The notes: generated from the sequence alone by a model not told the origin. 64,000 nucleotides of DNA from Marsupella aquatica (GCA_973895155.1 OZ316891.1:17482095-17546094); one strand, 5' to 3'; positions 26,296 through 39,239 are shown, counted from the first letter of the stretch. A program made the numbers and translations.

Positions 26296-27939
26296 CATGA
26301 TGATTGCCACTCAAGTATTTGCAGTATCCTTGCTTTGTGGCCACTCTGACTTTCCAAGTGAACAGAAAAAACTCCAAATGAAACATTCACCACAACTGGA
26401 TTCAAGCGGAAAGCCGGGCTGAAATCCAACTCAATTAATTCTACTTCTTCGCACCTCGATCGGTCTGAAGGATCGTCCAAATCAGTTGGTTTGTCTGCCT
26501 TTTACATGTCTCTATGGGGAAGGCAATCGTTCCTCCCGGTTCCTCTCAATCAAACTGCATATATGCTTTTGGGGCACGTGAAACACTTCACAACGGAAGA
26601 AAGTGAAGGTGAATCTTATGGGCTTCACAAAATCTCATATCAATCTCGAATATTTTCTTTCATTTGGAGAATGATATGTCCCGAGCTCCGTATACCCTGG
26701 GCAGTTACATAATATTGTCCGAAATAAACATGCAACAAGAACATGTTGGACAAGGTACAAACATGTGGGTTAAGTACTGTTGTCTAATAGTGTTCTAAGA
26801 AGATCCTAACCATTCAAATCAGACATACTTGAAAGAGCAAGAAGTCTGGAACTAGTAAAGAGTCGATCAGCATCAGGTCAGTATATATGGGCTGACTTGA
26901 AAGCTCTTTGTCTCTTGTGCAGGCAGCATCGATCATGCCAACTCAGATCACTGTGGGATGAGAGTTGAATTGAGATGTCTGTCTACCTAATGACAGCAAG
27001 GACCCACAAAGCAATCTGTCTTTGCATGGGATAATAGGAATTCTTTGAAGAGTGACATGTAAATTATTATCTCTCATAATCTAAATTATCTGACTTGGAA
27101 AGTATGAGTCTAATTAATGACAGTGGCCTACTGGTTTGAGCTGATCGAGTCAACAGCGGAGCTGAATCTGAGAGTGCAAAAGATGGCGGGCACCCAGACC
27201 AATCTTTCTGGTTTAGATGGACTGCTGGATGCTGCACTGAGCTGAGTCAGCGGAGTCTGACCCTGAGGTCCAAAACCTGGCTCAAACCCAGAGCACTCCT
27301 ACCAGTACGTTAGATTGACCCCTTGGCTCGTTCCAATCCCCCATAACCCCCATATTTATAAACAGAGCTCAGGTTCAAATACGCTCTAAATATCTTTCAC
27401 GCTCCTGCGTCTTTCAGAAGTGTACATATATCGATCTTGATTTACATAACACAGTACCTGAACGTAATGTCATCATTCCGAAATTCTGCTGAGCCCCTAT
27501 AATGATGGCCTGAAATCCCTCAACATTATGAAAAGCCAACCATCTAACGTAAGTACGACTCCGTTCCTGTGTAGCTGTCACTTGCTTGAACTGGCCGTCG
27601 AGAGAATTGAAGGCTGAGTCTAATTAACTTCAGTCACTAAAGATCAAGAAAGCCATAGACTTTAAAGTCAACTTAACGTGGCGTTGAGATGATCATGGCA
27701 GATCGCACGCTAATTCGGGACTGTCTCCACTTGATCGATCATAGCATTATTTTGTAGCCAGGGATCACATTTCGACGGCACCAGTAGAGAACGATGCTGG
27801 GGTCCAATTAGTCAAGCTGTACGTTTAAAAGCAGCTCAGGGGTCTAGGCCGAGAAGCTCATTTCAAGCTGACCCCAGTGCGAAGTGAGCCTGACTGAGAG
27901 TCCAAATCAAGGTTCTAGTGCAGCTTTAGGGTCAATCCG

Positions 27940-28374
27940 ATGACCTACCGCGGGGCAGTGCTAGTACCTCTAGTGCTCGTGGCCCTCGCCCTTATGGCAG
28001 GGGTGCTCATGGAGGGCGTGAGCGGCGAGTCATCATTTGTGCGGCGCAGACTTGCTGAGCACCTGGCCTTCGCGGCTGGTGGAGCGACCACAGCACCTGC
28101 AAATACTTGCCCTTTGCAATGCAGACATACCGCCTTACCGACCTGCTGCCGATGGCGGAATATCGGATTCTTCCCAGGTCCATACTATTGCGCGAACACC
28201 GCTAGAGACTACTTCAACTGTGGAGCCTGCGGCAATGTTTGCCCTCCTTATACAAATTGCTGCCATGGTACGTGCTCGTTTTTGCCCCTTGACCCCAACA
28301 ACTGTGGATTTTGCGGCAACAAGTGCCGAGCCGGAGAGATATGCAAGGGGGGCCTGTGCGACTATGCTGAGTAA
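27940..28374 (+). CDS. STIG1-family secreted cysteine-rich peptide (copy A), 144 aa
   Basis: Signal peptide, RRRL pro-site, and C-terminal D-x-x-NCG-x-CG-x-x-C...CC-x-G-x-C...D-x-x-NCG-x-CG-x-KC...C-x-x-G-x-C-x-YA Stig1 pattern. Confidence 0.88.
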   Translation: MTYRGAVLVPLVLVALALMAGVLMEGVSGESSFVRRRLAEHLAFAAGGATTAPANTCPLQCRHTALPTCCRWRNIGFFPGPYYCANTARDYFNCGACGNVCPPYTNCCHGTCSFLPLDPNNCGFCGNKCRAGEICKGGLCDYAE

Positions 28375-31300
28375 TCTTACAGGATGCAGTCCAAAAAGTA
28401 TCGAGGGGCTGGGTCGACAAAAAGGACATGCAGGTGACGTACTACCGAGTAGAATAAGAGTAAAAGTCCAAGGTAACGTAGATGAAGCTGCTGAAGGTGG
28501 TACTAATTGATGGTCAGGGGATGACATGCCAAGAAGGGTTAGCAGTGTCAAAACTGAAGTCCGGAAAGATTCTCATCTTCTAGTCAGTTAGCATGCGACA
28601 TGACAGTGGACGCTAACGACAGAATAAGTAACCAGTAACACCAGTAGCAGTTTTTCTTCAATCTACAGATTGACCGGTGATCCACTGAATTCTCATAAAT
28701 CTGGATAAGTAAGAATCCAGCTTTGTGTCGTTGGTCGATAGAGTATACAAGAAGTTTCTATGTAGAAATAGATGTGGCATCATCTCTTGCATTTTATGCA
28801 GCTATTATAGCTGTAAATCGTCAATAAAGTGTGAAATTCGATTCCATTAACATTTCAATTCTTACAAATCGAAATTTTATTCGGCATTTCACAATCGAAA
28901 TTTGATTCCATCACCGTAGCTTCGTAATGATGCGCATAAGCAATGTGTGATTTATCAGAATAATGTTACAACCACTGAAGACATTTTTCGTCTGAGTATT
29001 TGTGACTATTACAGCGGCAGCACGATTCGCAGACTTCCTGAGGGTGATCATGACCCCTACAATTCTCTATATACAAGTGAGATCTCATGTTTAAGCGAAA
29101 TCAAGAGCTACAGGGCTAGCTACTAGCTTTCTAGACAGTAATTGTTTATGTAAATCAGTTATTCAGCAGGCTTATATAATTAAATATTGCAGCAATATAC
29201 TTACGCACTACGTACATGAATGTGGCTTGAACTAATTTTCTTGTTTCCTTTTTTTTGTTTTGTTTGATTTTCCCCAAAAACTGAGGAGAAGCAAGGCCCA
29301 TCAAAACCAGCCACGGGGACCAAAGCCACTCAGGAAGTAAAACTACCTGCGGCGGCCAGCGTAGGGAGGGCAGGCCCAACCGACCCAAGAAACCAAAACT
29401 ACTCTGGCCATGAGAATCGGAACAGCTAGCTAACCAAAACTAGTCGAGCAATGAGATTCTGAACAGACACCTGATGGTGGCCAGCTCAAGACCCAGTAAT
29501 TAATGTTGATCAGGACTAATGAGAAGGGACATCCCAGTAAAGATGATAACCTGCTAGCTACTTTCTAGAGAGTCATTCTTTAATATGTAGATCAGTGAGA
29601 GATTAGCAGCAATGTACATACGTGAATGTGGCTTCAACTAGTGATCTCGATGGGACATCGATCGATCCAAGTAAAGATAACCTAACCTGCTACTCACTAT
29701 CAGAAAACTAATTGGGGAAGATTTCAAACTAAGAGATTCTGAATTTAGAGTGACTTCCTCTAGGTCCCGTTCTTTGATAGTAACACCTTGCGCTGTCATC
29801 AAAGCCCTAATTACCTTGCAGCTCTAAGCGTCAAAAACTACATATCGACAGCTGTGAAAAACTCAGGACTAGCTTATTCTGAAGGCGTAAGTTGTACGTT
29901 GTTGTGTTAGGCCAGGTACAAGCTTCCCTTTGCCTGACGTGATTTGGTATTTCTTACTATGAGCAGCTAAACTGGCAACGTTTACACAAAGCATATATTA
30001 GCTGTGGGGTCGTCACTTGACGATATGCACAAGCAAAGTGTGAGTCATTAACTTTGACCGTACGACAGTCATGTACGTCCTGCAAGATGCCAAAGCGTGC
30101 AGGAGAACATATTTTCCCTAAATTCTATAATGTTATCGATCGGTACCACAGTGCTTGCTTAATTTCAACGCTACGTAGAGAAGAAGATCTGGCTTCTAAA
30201 TTTTCCTTCGCAATTTCATCGATCTGTATCTGAGAAAAACAAAATCGCATAAACAGGCAAGAAGGGTGTTAACAAAATTGCATAAACAGGCAAGAAGGGT
30301 GTTGGCATAAGTACACAATCCACCAGTACGAATCAAACGTACGTAGATCGGTTAGCGTACGTGCTCCTATCGAGCAAGGAAACTTATATATTTGAGAATG
30401 GACGTGCTCCGTGTTTTAAGCTACTGTAGTTTTGCATGTGCTCCCATAAGCAACAAATTTACAATTCCATTGTCAGGATGTTAATTTACAGGCGTACTAT
30501 TCGGCTTTCTTATTAATTAACTGAGTAGTATCCTGCAGTGAGTTCAGTGAGTCCTTTTGGTTTGTTATAAGTACGTAGTCTCAGAGTGGATGGTCCAAAA
30601 ATCCACAGCCTAGCAGTTTACACTCGATCAGTGCGATGCTAGATTCATGCCTTAGTGTTTGAGGAGTAAAGCAGCTGAGAATAACTTTACAAATATATTC
30701 GAGCCGGAGGAGTCAATCAACGTCAAGAGCCATGATGGCTAATCAATCATAACACCATGTTTCGGAAGCTAGATATTCCATTTGGTTGTGTTTCGGAAGC
30801 TAGATATTCCAATTGGTTTGTTATAAGTTGGTTTGTTATAAGTACGTAGTCTCAGAGCTCGAATTCGCACTCCCGATTCAATATTGACAAATAAGATACA
30901 TATAAAATGTGTTGGGTGGCAGTAATGAATGAACACACTCCTCTGATATTCCGATATATTGTAAATGGTTTTCATATATATAACTCTTTGCATATGTAAA
31001 CTTCAACAGACAATCGTAGTCATGATACTTTCAGAAAGGGGAACACAGAAGCATCGCGCTAACTAGCTGGACCTTCGATATAAAGACAATGGAATCAAAT
31101 TTCACACTATTGACCTGTTACAGCTGTGGTAGCTTCATAGAATGCAATCTAAGATGCCACCACGTCTACTGCTACATAGAAACTCGAGTGTTGTCTATCA
31201 ACGATTCATTAACAAACAACTACTGCACTATCACTTATTGATATATATGTATAGTCGATCGATCAATCGGTCGATCAACCTATTGTAGGAAAACTCTTAC

Positions 31301-31572
31301 TGGTCAGATGGTTACTCTATCGCTTCCATTGTCATATCGCCGAACTCATGATAACTGGCTATGATCTGAATCGTTCCGGACTCCAGTTTCGCCAATGTCA
31401 TCCCGTGACCATTTATTGGTATCGCTCTTAAACACCACCGACTCAATCTCGGACTTCGATCTATTAATCTAGCTTCTCATGCTCGACCGGTAGTCAACCA
31501 CCTACACGTCCTATATATCCGACCCAGCCCGGTTCTCTAACGCCTTGCTGCTTGGACCGAGTAATGTTGAGA

Positions 31573-32010
31573 TTACTCGGCATAGTTGCACATGCCCCCT
31601 TTGCATACGTCTCTCCCAGGGCACTTGTTGTCGCAAGCTCCACAGTTTCTGTGGTCAGTTAGCATATTCGTGCACCTGCCATTGCAGCAAACTTTACCGA
31701 GAGCGCAAACTGTACCGCAGGCGCCACAGTGGAAGTTGTCCGTCTCGGTGTTGACACAGTAGAATAGATCTGGGAGATATCCGTTACCTGGCGATTCGCA
31801 GCACGTCGGTAACGGACCTTTGCATGTCCAATTGCAACTACCTTCAGGTTCGTCAGTAACTGCACCAGCCCCACGTACACGATGCCCGGTTAGTCGGCGC
31901 CCCACAAATGACGACGCTGCATCTCCGTTCACGCTTTTCATAAACCCCCCCGCCATGACAGCGAAGGCCACGAGCAGTAAAGGTAATAGTAGTGCCCCGC
32001 GACTTGCCAT
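31573..32010 (-). CDS. STIG1-family secreted cysteine-rich peptide (copy B), 145 aa from ATG 32010
   Basis: MASRGALLLPLLLVAFAVMAG...GRRL...CVNTETDNFHCGACGTVC...CCNGRC...DHRNCGACDNKC...CKGGMCNYAE, collinear with copy A. Confidence 0.88.
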   Translation of the reverse strand: MASRGALLLPLLLVAFAVMAGGFMKSVNGDAASSFVGRRLTGHRVRGAGAVTDEPEGSCNWTCKGPLPTCCESPGNGYLPDLFYCVNTETDNFHCGACGTVCALGKVCCNGRCTNMLTDHRNCGACDNKCPGRDVCKGGMCNYAE

Positions 32011-34070
32011 CGCAATGATGGAGAGATAAGAGCTGACTACTGTCTCTGTGAAGGATATGAATTGCGTCCGATGTAGCGAAGTGCTACCAGGACTAGACTT
32101 ACTGAAGCTAGATTGATCAAGATAAAAGTTGAAGGGCTCACTCTCAACGTAGAACACTTCAGCTGCAATGGACTTACAGTATGGAGCAAGGACTCGCCGT
32201 TTGATAAGCAAGCAGCTGCTGCTGCTAGTGAGAGTGAGTACTGGCCACTTCGCAGTCTTGAGGGATCGAAAGCTGCTAGTGAGAGTGATCGAAATGACCG
32301 GGATGAATGCTGCCCCTTTTAAACAGATAAGATGCTTGGCTCGACACGTACCAGCACCGGCGCACTATACCGTAGCTGCCCACCGAGCGATCCCTCATTT
32401 GCATGCCCTACCTGGCATGACCAATCGTTCCAGCGTTGTGTGAATTTGCAGAAGTCACTCAAGCTGTCTTGCATGCACTTAGAAACTGTCTTGACACTGT
32501 AGCTAGATAGTCTTTGATTGTAATTGTCGCAGCCATTCTTTCCTTGATGCTCCTAAAATATTGGTTCTGATTGTTTCATGCGCATTATATTGTTACGATC
32601 TCTTGGTCCATATGCAACGTTGCATTACGAGCCCGATGATCGTGGAGCATGTGTGTGAAAGTCGTATCTTTGTTGAGCTGCTCCAAAGCTTTGCACGTAT
32701 GTTCTATGTACTGAAGTAAGTATAATTATGGCTTCTAGCATTTGTATTGACTTTGGGAGGATATTTGTAAAAAGTGATTTGGTATTGGAAGATCGCGATC
32801 CGGCCTGCCTTCAACATATCATGCAGATGCAGTAGTGAGCTGTAGTCCATACAATCACGGAAGGACGTGAACTGTGGACGAGGATTCATTAGAGCGATTC
32901 AACCGCTCCGTGTTGGAAAATCACTTCAGTGAGGCCTTTCGTTTTGTCTTGAGCGATTACACAAAATTCCATTAAGTGCAACAGCATACAACGAATCGCA
33001 CTGAGGTCTTTCCTCTACAGTGAAATGGGTCTCAAACCCACATTTCCTTGGGTTGCGGGTGGCCTGCGGGGGGAGCCTGCAACTGTGTGGTTACGATGGT
33101 CTCTTCCAGTTCTGTCATGCAATTCCTGGTCATAACATGCGTGAGCGCACGACAAAGGAGACTTTCGGTCGCACGAGCAAAGCGTTGCCAAATTACTTTA
33201 CATCTTACTTCAAATTGAATCTGAAGTGTTTCTCCTCGCCCCACAGATCATCGGTGAAGTGTCGGCACGATACAATTCAAAGAGAATCATGGCAAACACA
33301 ATGGACCTTATGTGTAAGACAAAGCCCGGGGCCCGGATAAAGTTCTCTTAAGAGAGTAAGTTCTCCTAAACAAAGGCCAAAGGTTTTCGAGTTCTGTCAC
33401 AAAAAATTCTAAATCGAGTTAACTTTCAAACCTGAAACGCCTCAGCCAAGGCTGCCTAGGGCATTAATTAATTGCATCCCACCAGAATGCCCTGGATCCT
33501 ACCTCTCGCATAGCATTGCTCCGGGTAATGAAGAGTTCGGCGAGAGTTTAAAGCGGCTCAAAATTCATCCAGCGGTTGGATACATCCAGACCATCACAGA
33601 ATCATACTCGATTTTGTTGCTAATGAATGATTGTAGACTCAAAACTCCAACAGCAATTAAGATGAGAAACTGCAACGAATTTTATTCGTCAAGTGCTATG
33701 TTATACATGAATGAGGGAAAACTACGTCTACTCTCTGGTAACTGTCACCATAGAGCAAAACAAAAAATAGTCGAGAATAAAGTCACTACCGCTACAATTA
33801 AAGGCCAAGCTAAGAGGCTTCAAAATGAAAAGCCGCAGCTAGAATGACTACAGTAGATAGGGGCCTCTGATAATATGGTAATATGGCAGAACAGTGTTCT
33901 GAACATCTAAACAAGAGAGGAAACTATGACGCTCCTCCCCCCTCCAGCACCACGCCAAATATACAAAACAAATTTACCAGAAAAGGGCGAAGGAGATACA
34001 AGAAAAATGGAGAGAAAAATTCAGGACATGAAATAATTTAAGGGGCTGGAATAACTCACTAAATACTAAA

Positions 34071-36510
34071 CTATAATACAAGGTTAGGCCCTTTTAATTA
34101 TACCTTGGTAGTCATCCAAATATAGAGTGTCCAAAAAAAATTCCAGCAAAAGGAATAAATAAAAGATAATAAAGTTTAGTGTGAATGAAAGGGGACGAAC
34201 ACTCTTCAAAAAGGAAACATTGAAATGAGACAATGAAAAAGTGAAATGCTAAGTAAATATACACATGCAAGCACAAGGATCAATGGATCAATGATGATAC
34301 CTCTACTTTCCATCAATGCATAAGTGAGAACTCTACTTTCCATCAATGCATAAGTGAGAACAATACGTTGTTTTCAATGCAAGTCAAAAATGTACTATTT
34401 ATCTTCCTTATTTTTTGTGATAATTATCAAAAATTATAATACACTATGGCACCAATTTATACCATGGTCGTCTTTCAAAATTGCCAGGCTGTTTTGGGTG
34501 AAAAAAATCAAAACCGGAAAAAACCAAACCAATAAGACAAAAAAACTCAAGTGGAAACTCAAGCCGTCACTTGGATTGCATTGCCGCAATTTCAGCACCA
34601 AGCCGCTGCAAGTCGCGATCCCCCCCCGCGGCGGCCGGGCCCACGGCCAGCCCTGCCCAGCTTGCGGCTGACGATGCTGCTGGCTGGCTGGCTGGCTCCG
34701 CCCTCTGTCTCCCAGGTCCCCTTTTGCCTCCCCACCTCGCAGCCCCTCCTCCCGACTCCCTAGCCTCCTGCCCCTCCCGCCTCCCCACCCCGCTCTCCCT
34801 GGCCTCTCGCCCTCTTGCCTCTCTAACCCCGCTCTCCCGGCCCTCTTGCCCCGACTCTCCCTCCTCGCGCTTCCCCACTCAACCCTAAAACCCTGCCTCG
34901 ACACCCACCCAATCCCCGCCCTCGCCAGCTTGCCTGGACTTGGTCTTGCCCTTGCCTGGACTCGGTCTTGTGTTTGGGACTCCGACTCAGGCCTAGACCA
35001 AGGACCAGGTTCCTACTGGGTGTTTTTTGTCCTTGCGCATGGAGGCCTGACAAAACGCAACAATCCTCTGCCCTGACTCATCTCCAAAATTATTGAAGTT
35101 TTTTTAGTTAACAACATATTTTACTTGACAACACCTTTTACTAACGACATCCCATAACTTACCCACATATTTCAATTGGCGTTACAACATCTTTGCCATA
35201 ATGACATCTTTTATGCCACGGTATTTTTACCTATTAACGACATCTATTACACAACGATATCTTTTTCACAACGACATCTTTTTACTTAACGACATCTTTT
35301 GCGCCACATGTGACATCTCTTACACAATGACATACTTTTACTTAACGACATCTCTGACGCCTTAATATATGTTTACTTAACGACATCTTTTATGGAACAG
35401 TATTTTTGGTGCAACGCACAGGTATTGAAATATTAACTTCTATAATACAAGGTTGCACTTTTTTTGCGGTGGTCGTCATTCAAATTTGCACGGCACAAAA
35501 AATAAGAAATATGGTGAAGGAATGAAAATAAATAAATCTTACTTTAGTATGAATGAAAAAGAGTCACGCCAATGTCCAAGTAGGAGAAATCAAATGGGAT
35601 AAGTAAACACAATGCACAAGGAGAAAATATTGTACATACTCAATAGAGTGAGACAATGCATAGTTTAGTGTAATATTGGTAGGAGTTAAATTTAAGATAC
35701 TATTTTAGTCAATAGGGGACTACATACACTAATCAAATAAACCATTATTCTCCCAATATTTAGGATGATTTTTTACATTTATTTTTGTGCCATTTTCCCT
35801 GCCAATTAAAAAATCAAAAATTATAAGGTCCAAAGACAGAGTAAAGATCATGGCACTAGCGTATGTTGATGGCAAGGTTTCGGGCAAGGGGCACCCTTTT
35901 GCTTGACGACATCTTTTTACTTCTCAATATCTTTCACATAACGACCCATTTGGCACCACATCATCTTTTTACTCAACGACATCTTTTTATTCATGACATC
36001 TTTCACATAACAACATCTTTGGCAAAAAGATTTCTTTTTTGTTAACAACAATTTGTTACTTGACGACAACTATTTACTTGATGACAACTTTTTACTTGAC
36101 GACATGTTTGGCAAAATGACTTCTTTTTTCTTAACAACATCTTTTACTTGACAATGTCTTTCACATAACTACATCTTTGGCAAAAAAACTTCATCGTTCT
36201 TAACAACATCTTTTTACTTGAACACGGCATCTTTCACATAACGACATCTTGGGCTACACAACATCTTTTGTGGAACACACGGGTATTGAGTTATTTTGTA
36301 CTTAACAACATTGTTATACTTAACAAAACCTTTGGCATCACGCATTACGACATCATTGGCAACACGACCTCTGTTTCTTCCACAACCTCTTGGCCGAGAT
36401 GACATCTTTCTTCTCAATCAACAACCTCTTGGCCGACACAACATCTTTTCTTCTCAATGACATCTTGGCCGTCACGACATCTTTTGTGCAACGCATGGGT
36501 ATTGAGCTAG
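34071..36510 (+). mobile_element. Composite of tandem non-autonomous Helitron-like units (~34071-35430 and ~35439-36510), same family as 23751-24662, with a GC-rich internal block at ~34570-35075
   Basis: 5' motif CTATAATACAAGGTT at 34071 and 35440; 3' hairpin motifs at ~35409, ~36270 and ~36486, the last ending GGGTATTGAGCTAG|T; many ACTTAACGACATCTTTT sub-repeats. Confidence 0.7.
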
Positions 36511-37207
36511 TTCAAAATAATACACAGACTCAAAAGCAGGTTAGACCAGATGAACATAAAAATAAGATATGATTTATGTATACATTTTACCAGCATTCCT
36601 CCTTGTTTGCCTGAGACGGTTCAACCAGCCATTACTGTAGGACTCTATGCATGGAATGATCTATACATGCTTATAATTAATTCAGCTCTTCAGGCTCAAC
36701 TAGACAATTACTGTAGGACTCTATGCATGGAATGATATATAAAGACTTATATTTTAATTGGTTATAAAGTTTACAATGCTTTATGGAGATACATACAATG
36801 CAGCTGATATTTCCATTGGTTATGAAGTTTACAATGGTTTATGGATCAGAATGTGTCAGCTATATAGAGAGCCTCTCCAAAATAATAGAGCCAAAAATTA
36901 GAAGGGAACAAAGTTAGAGTAGTTCTCTTTGAATCACAAAGTAGTGTACCCTTAAATTACTTTGACTCGTACATAGTTGATGCAGCACTCATCCCATTCA
37001 AAAAGTAGTGTCCCTTGTTCACTTTTAAAGGAGTGCATTTTTTCATTAACTTCTTATAATCATTTTTGTACTACTTGAATAGTACATGATAGTTTGTGTT
37101 TCATAACCTAGTTAGATTAGTAGTACACTGAATTAGATAGAATCTATTTTATTATGAATAAGTTAAAATACCTCTGCATTAGAAAGCTATATGGCTATAT
37201 CATAGTT

Positions 37208-37429
37208 CAGCTTTTGATTACTTTGCCACTGAAGATGTTCTAATTCACAATATTGCCACTGTTTTTTCTGTATTTATAAAAATGTCATTGTTTTGTATAC
37301 GGATAACAAGTTTACCAAGGTAACTAGGGGAACTATATATGGAAACCGTGACATTTTTGTAAATATGAAAAAAAACAGTGGCAGCATTGTAAATTCAAAC
37401 ATATGTAGTGGCAATGTACTTAAAAGCTA
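37208..37429. mobile_element. Mutator-like MITE, 222 bp, ~80-bp imperfect TIRs, 10-bp TSD TATCATAGTT
   Basis: AGCTTTTGATTACTTTGCCACT...AAAAATGTCA mirrors TGACATTTTT...AGTGGCAATGTACTTAAAAGCT; TSD at 37198-37207 and 37430-37439. Confidence 0.8.
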
Positions 37430-37699
37430 TATCATAGTTTGTGTGTCATATTCAATAAGGACAAAAGTGTTATGCAATAACAGTGATTATTTTTGTTTCT
37501 TTTTTGTTTTGTATTATATTTCTAATTAATAGAAGGCACTGTAGTTTTTCAAAATACTCAATCTTTTATTTTTCAATTTTCATTTTGGGCAGGTGCTAGC
37601 TCTAGGAGACTTTTGAGGTAGGATTGTCTGGTGTACCTTACATTGCAAAACATCAATTTTTAAAGAGAGATCGGAATTGGCCTGGGTCCCACTTTTTCT

Positions 37700-38070
37700 T
37701 ATTTTGTAAGAGGATGAAATATCTTTTTGGAGAGATAAATTATTATAGTATTTGATTATTCATGTCAGTAAAATGACAAAAAACATTCTTTGTTTTATTT
37801 TGTAAACGAACAAAATGAATTTTTGATGGGATAATATATTGTAGTGTTTGATTATTCTTGTAGGTAAAATGACAAACAAGATTTTTCTCATTCTGTAGGA
37901 CCAAATAACTTTGCGTGGGATAGAATATTATAGTGCTTAATTATTCATTTTTGGTAAAATGACAAATGCAAGTTTTTGTCTCATTTTGAAAAAGGACTCG
38001 ATCTAACGTTTTGGTGGGTTAGGACTTTACATTGTTTGATTAGTCATTTAAATAAAACAACAAACAAGAT
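37700..38070. repeat. Diverged AT-rich tandem repeat, ~85-100-bp unit x4
   Basis: Recurring ATAGT..TTGATTATTC.T...GTAAAATGACAAA motif. Confidence 0.6.
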
Positions 38071-38395
38071 TCACTTAACTTTACTTGAGAGTGACTGGTA
38101 GTTTATGCATAAAATTGTCCAATATTACATCCCTTGGTAGTGGGCTCTTGAGATGCTTGATAAGAGGATTCAATTTATTCTTATATTGTAATGACCACCA
38201 TCTTTGATCTTGAGCACTAGTATTAGTGCATCCCCATAACTTATTCTATAATGTTTTCATTTATATAACTTGTCTTTCTCTTGCAAAGATTGTTACTGTT
38301 TGCAAAAAAAAATACAATGGAGCTTTGCAAAGACTATACTAGTAGCTTTACAATCCAACAGTGCAAGGAGGGCTGGCCCATAGGGAGTCGGGCCG

Positions 38396-38545
38396 GGCAT
38401 TTATGGGGCAGCATGAGAAGCACATATGCGCCAGGGTGCCCATTTCTTCCATCACTGGTCAGGGAAAACAGGCATTTATGGGGCAGCATGAGAAGCACAT
38501 ATGCGCCAGGGTGCCCATTTCTTCCATCACTGGTCAGGGAAAACA
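38396..38545. repeat. Perfect 75-bp tandem duplication
   Basis: GGCATTTATGGGGCAGCATGAG...GGTCAGGGAAAACA at 38396 and 38471. Confidence 0.92.
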
Positions 38546-39239
38546 GTCAAACTAATCCAATAGGTGTGGATCTTTCCCGTCCGAGAGCTGTCTTGTATTG
38601 GGACAAAGGACAGGAAAACGCAAGATCCCTTATTATAAGGCAAGATCCCTTGTTAGAGTTGTAGATAAACCTGCTGTGATGATCAATATTTCCCCAATCT
38701 CAATTACCAGACCCAAAAACCAACTCACAAATCAAGATGCAATCCTGTTAGAATTGAGCATACACCGTGAGCAGCTTGAGAACAATGACCTGGCTGCCAT
38801 TCATGCTGTGTCTCCTTGGAAAGCATTTTCATGGAAGCAAATGTTGTAAAAATGTGTAAATGACTGTTACTGACGATGCACTCAGAATATTTAGCATACA
38901 TTGCCCCAGTTACAAAATTTGGAACTGAAACAAACTCTAGTTCGTGCATTACCATCTACCTCATGCTCGCTCTATAACCGATCCGCGGAAAACTTCCTGT
39001 ACGGGGATTATAATTTCCACTTCACAATAGAGATTTCCAAAACATTGTAGATGCAATGCTGACACCGATCTATTGGTGTCCAGAGTCACCCTCTTATTAT
39101 GTAAAGAGGGCTTTCAAAACTACAAGGGACATTTCTGGCTAGCACTGCAAGAAAGCCACCACAGTAAGGCCCTCTTTGATGATCCTAGACCAATTTGGGC
39201 CATCCTGTTAAGAGCCTCCAGTTTACAGAACAAGTTGGC

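Noticed and set aside
34434-35076. Several overlapping Arg/Gly- or Pro/Ser-rich ORFs
   Set aside because: Explained by stop-codon scarcity in a GC-rich low-complexity block inside the Helitron-like element
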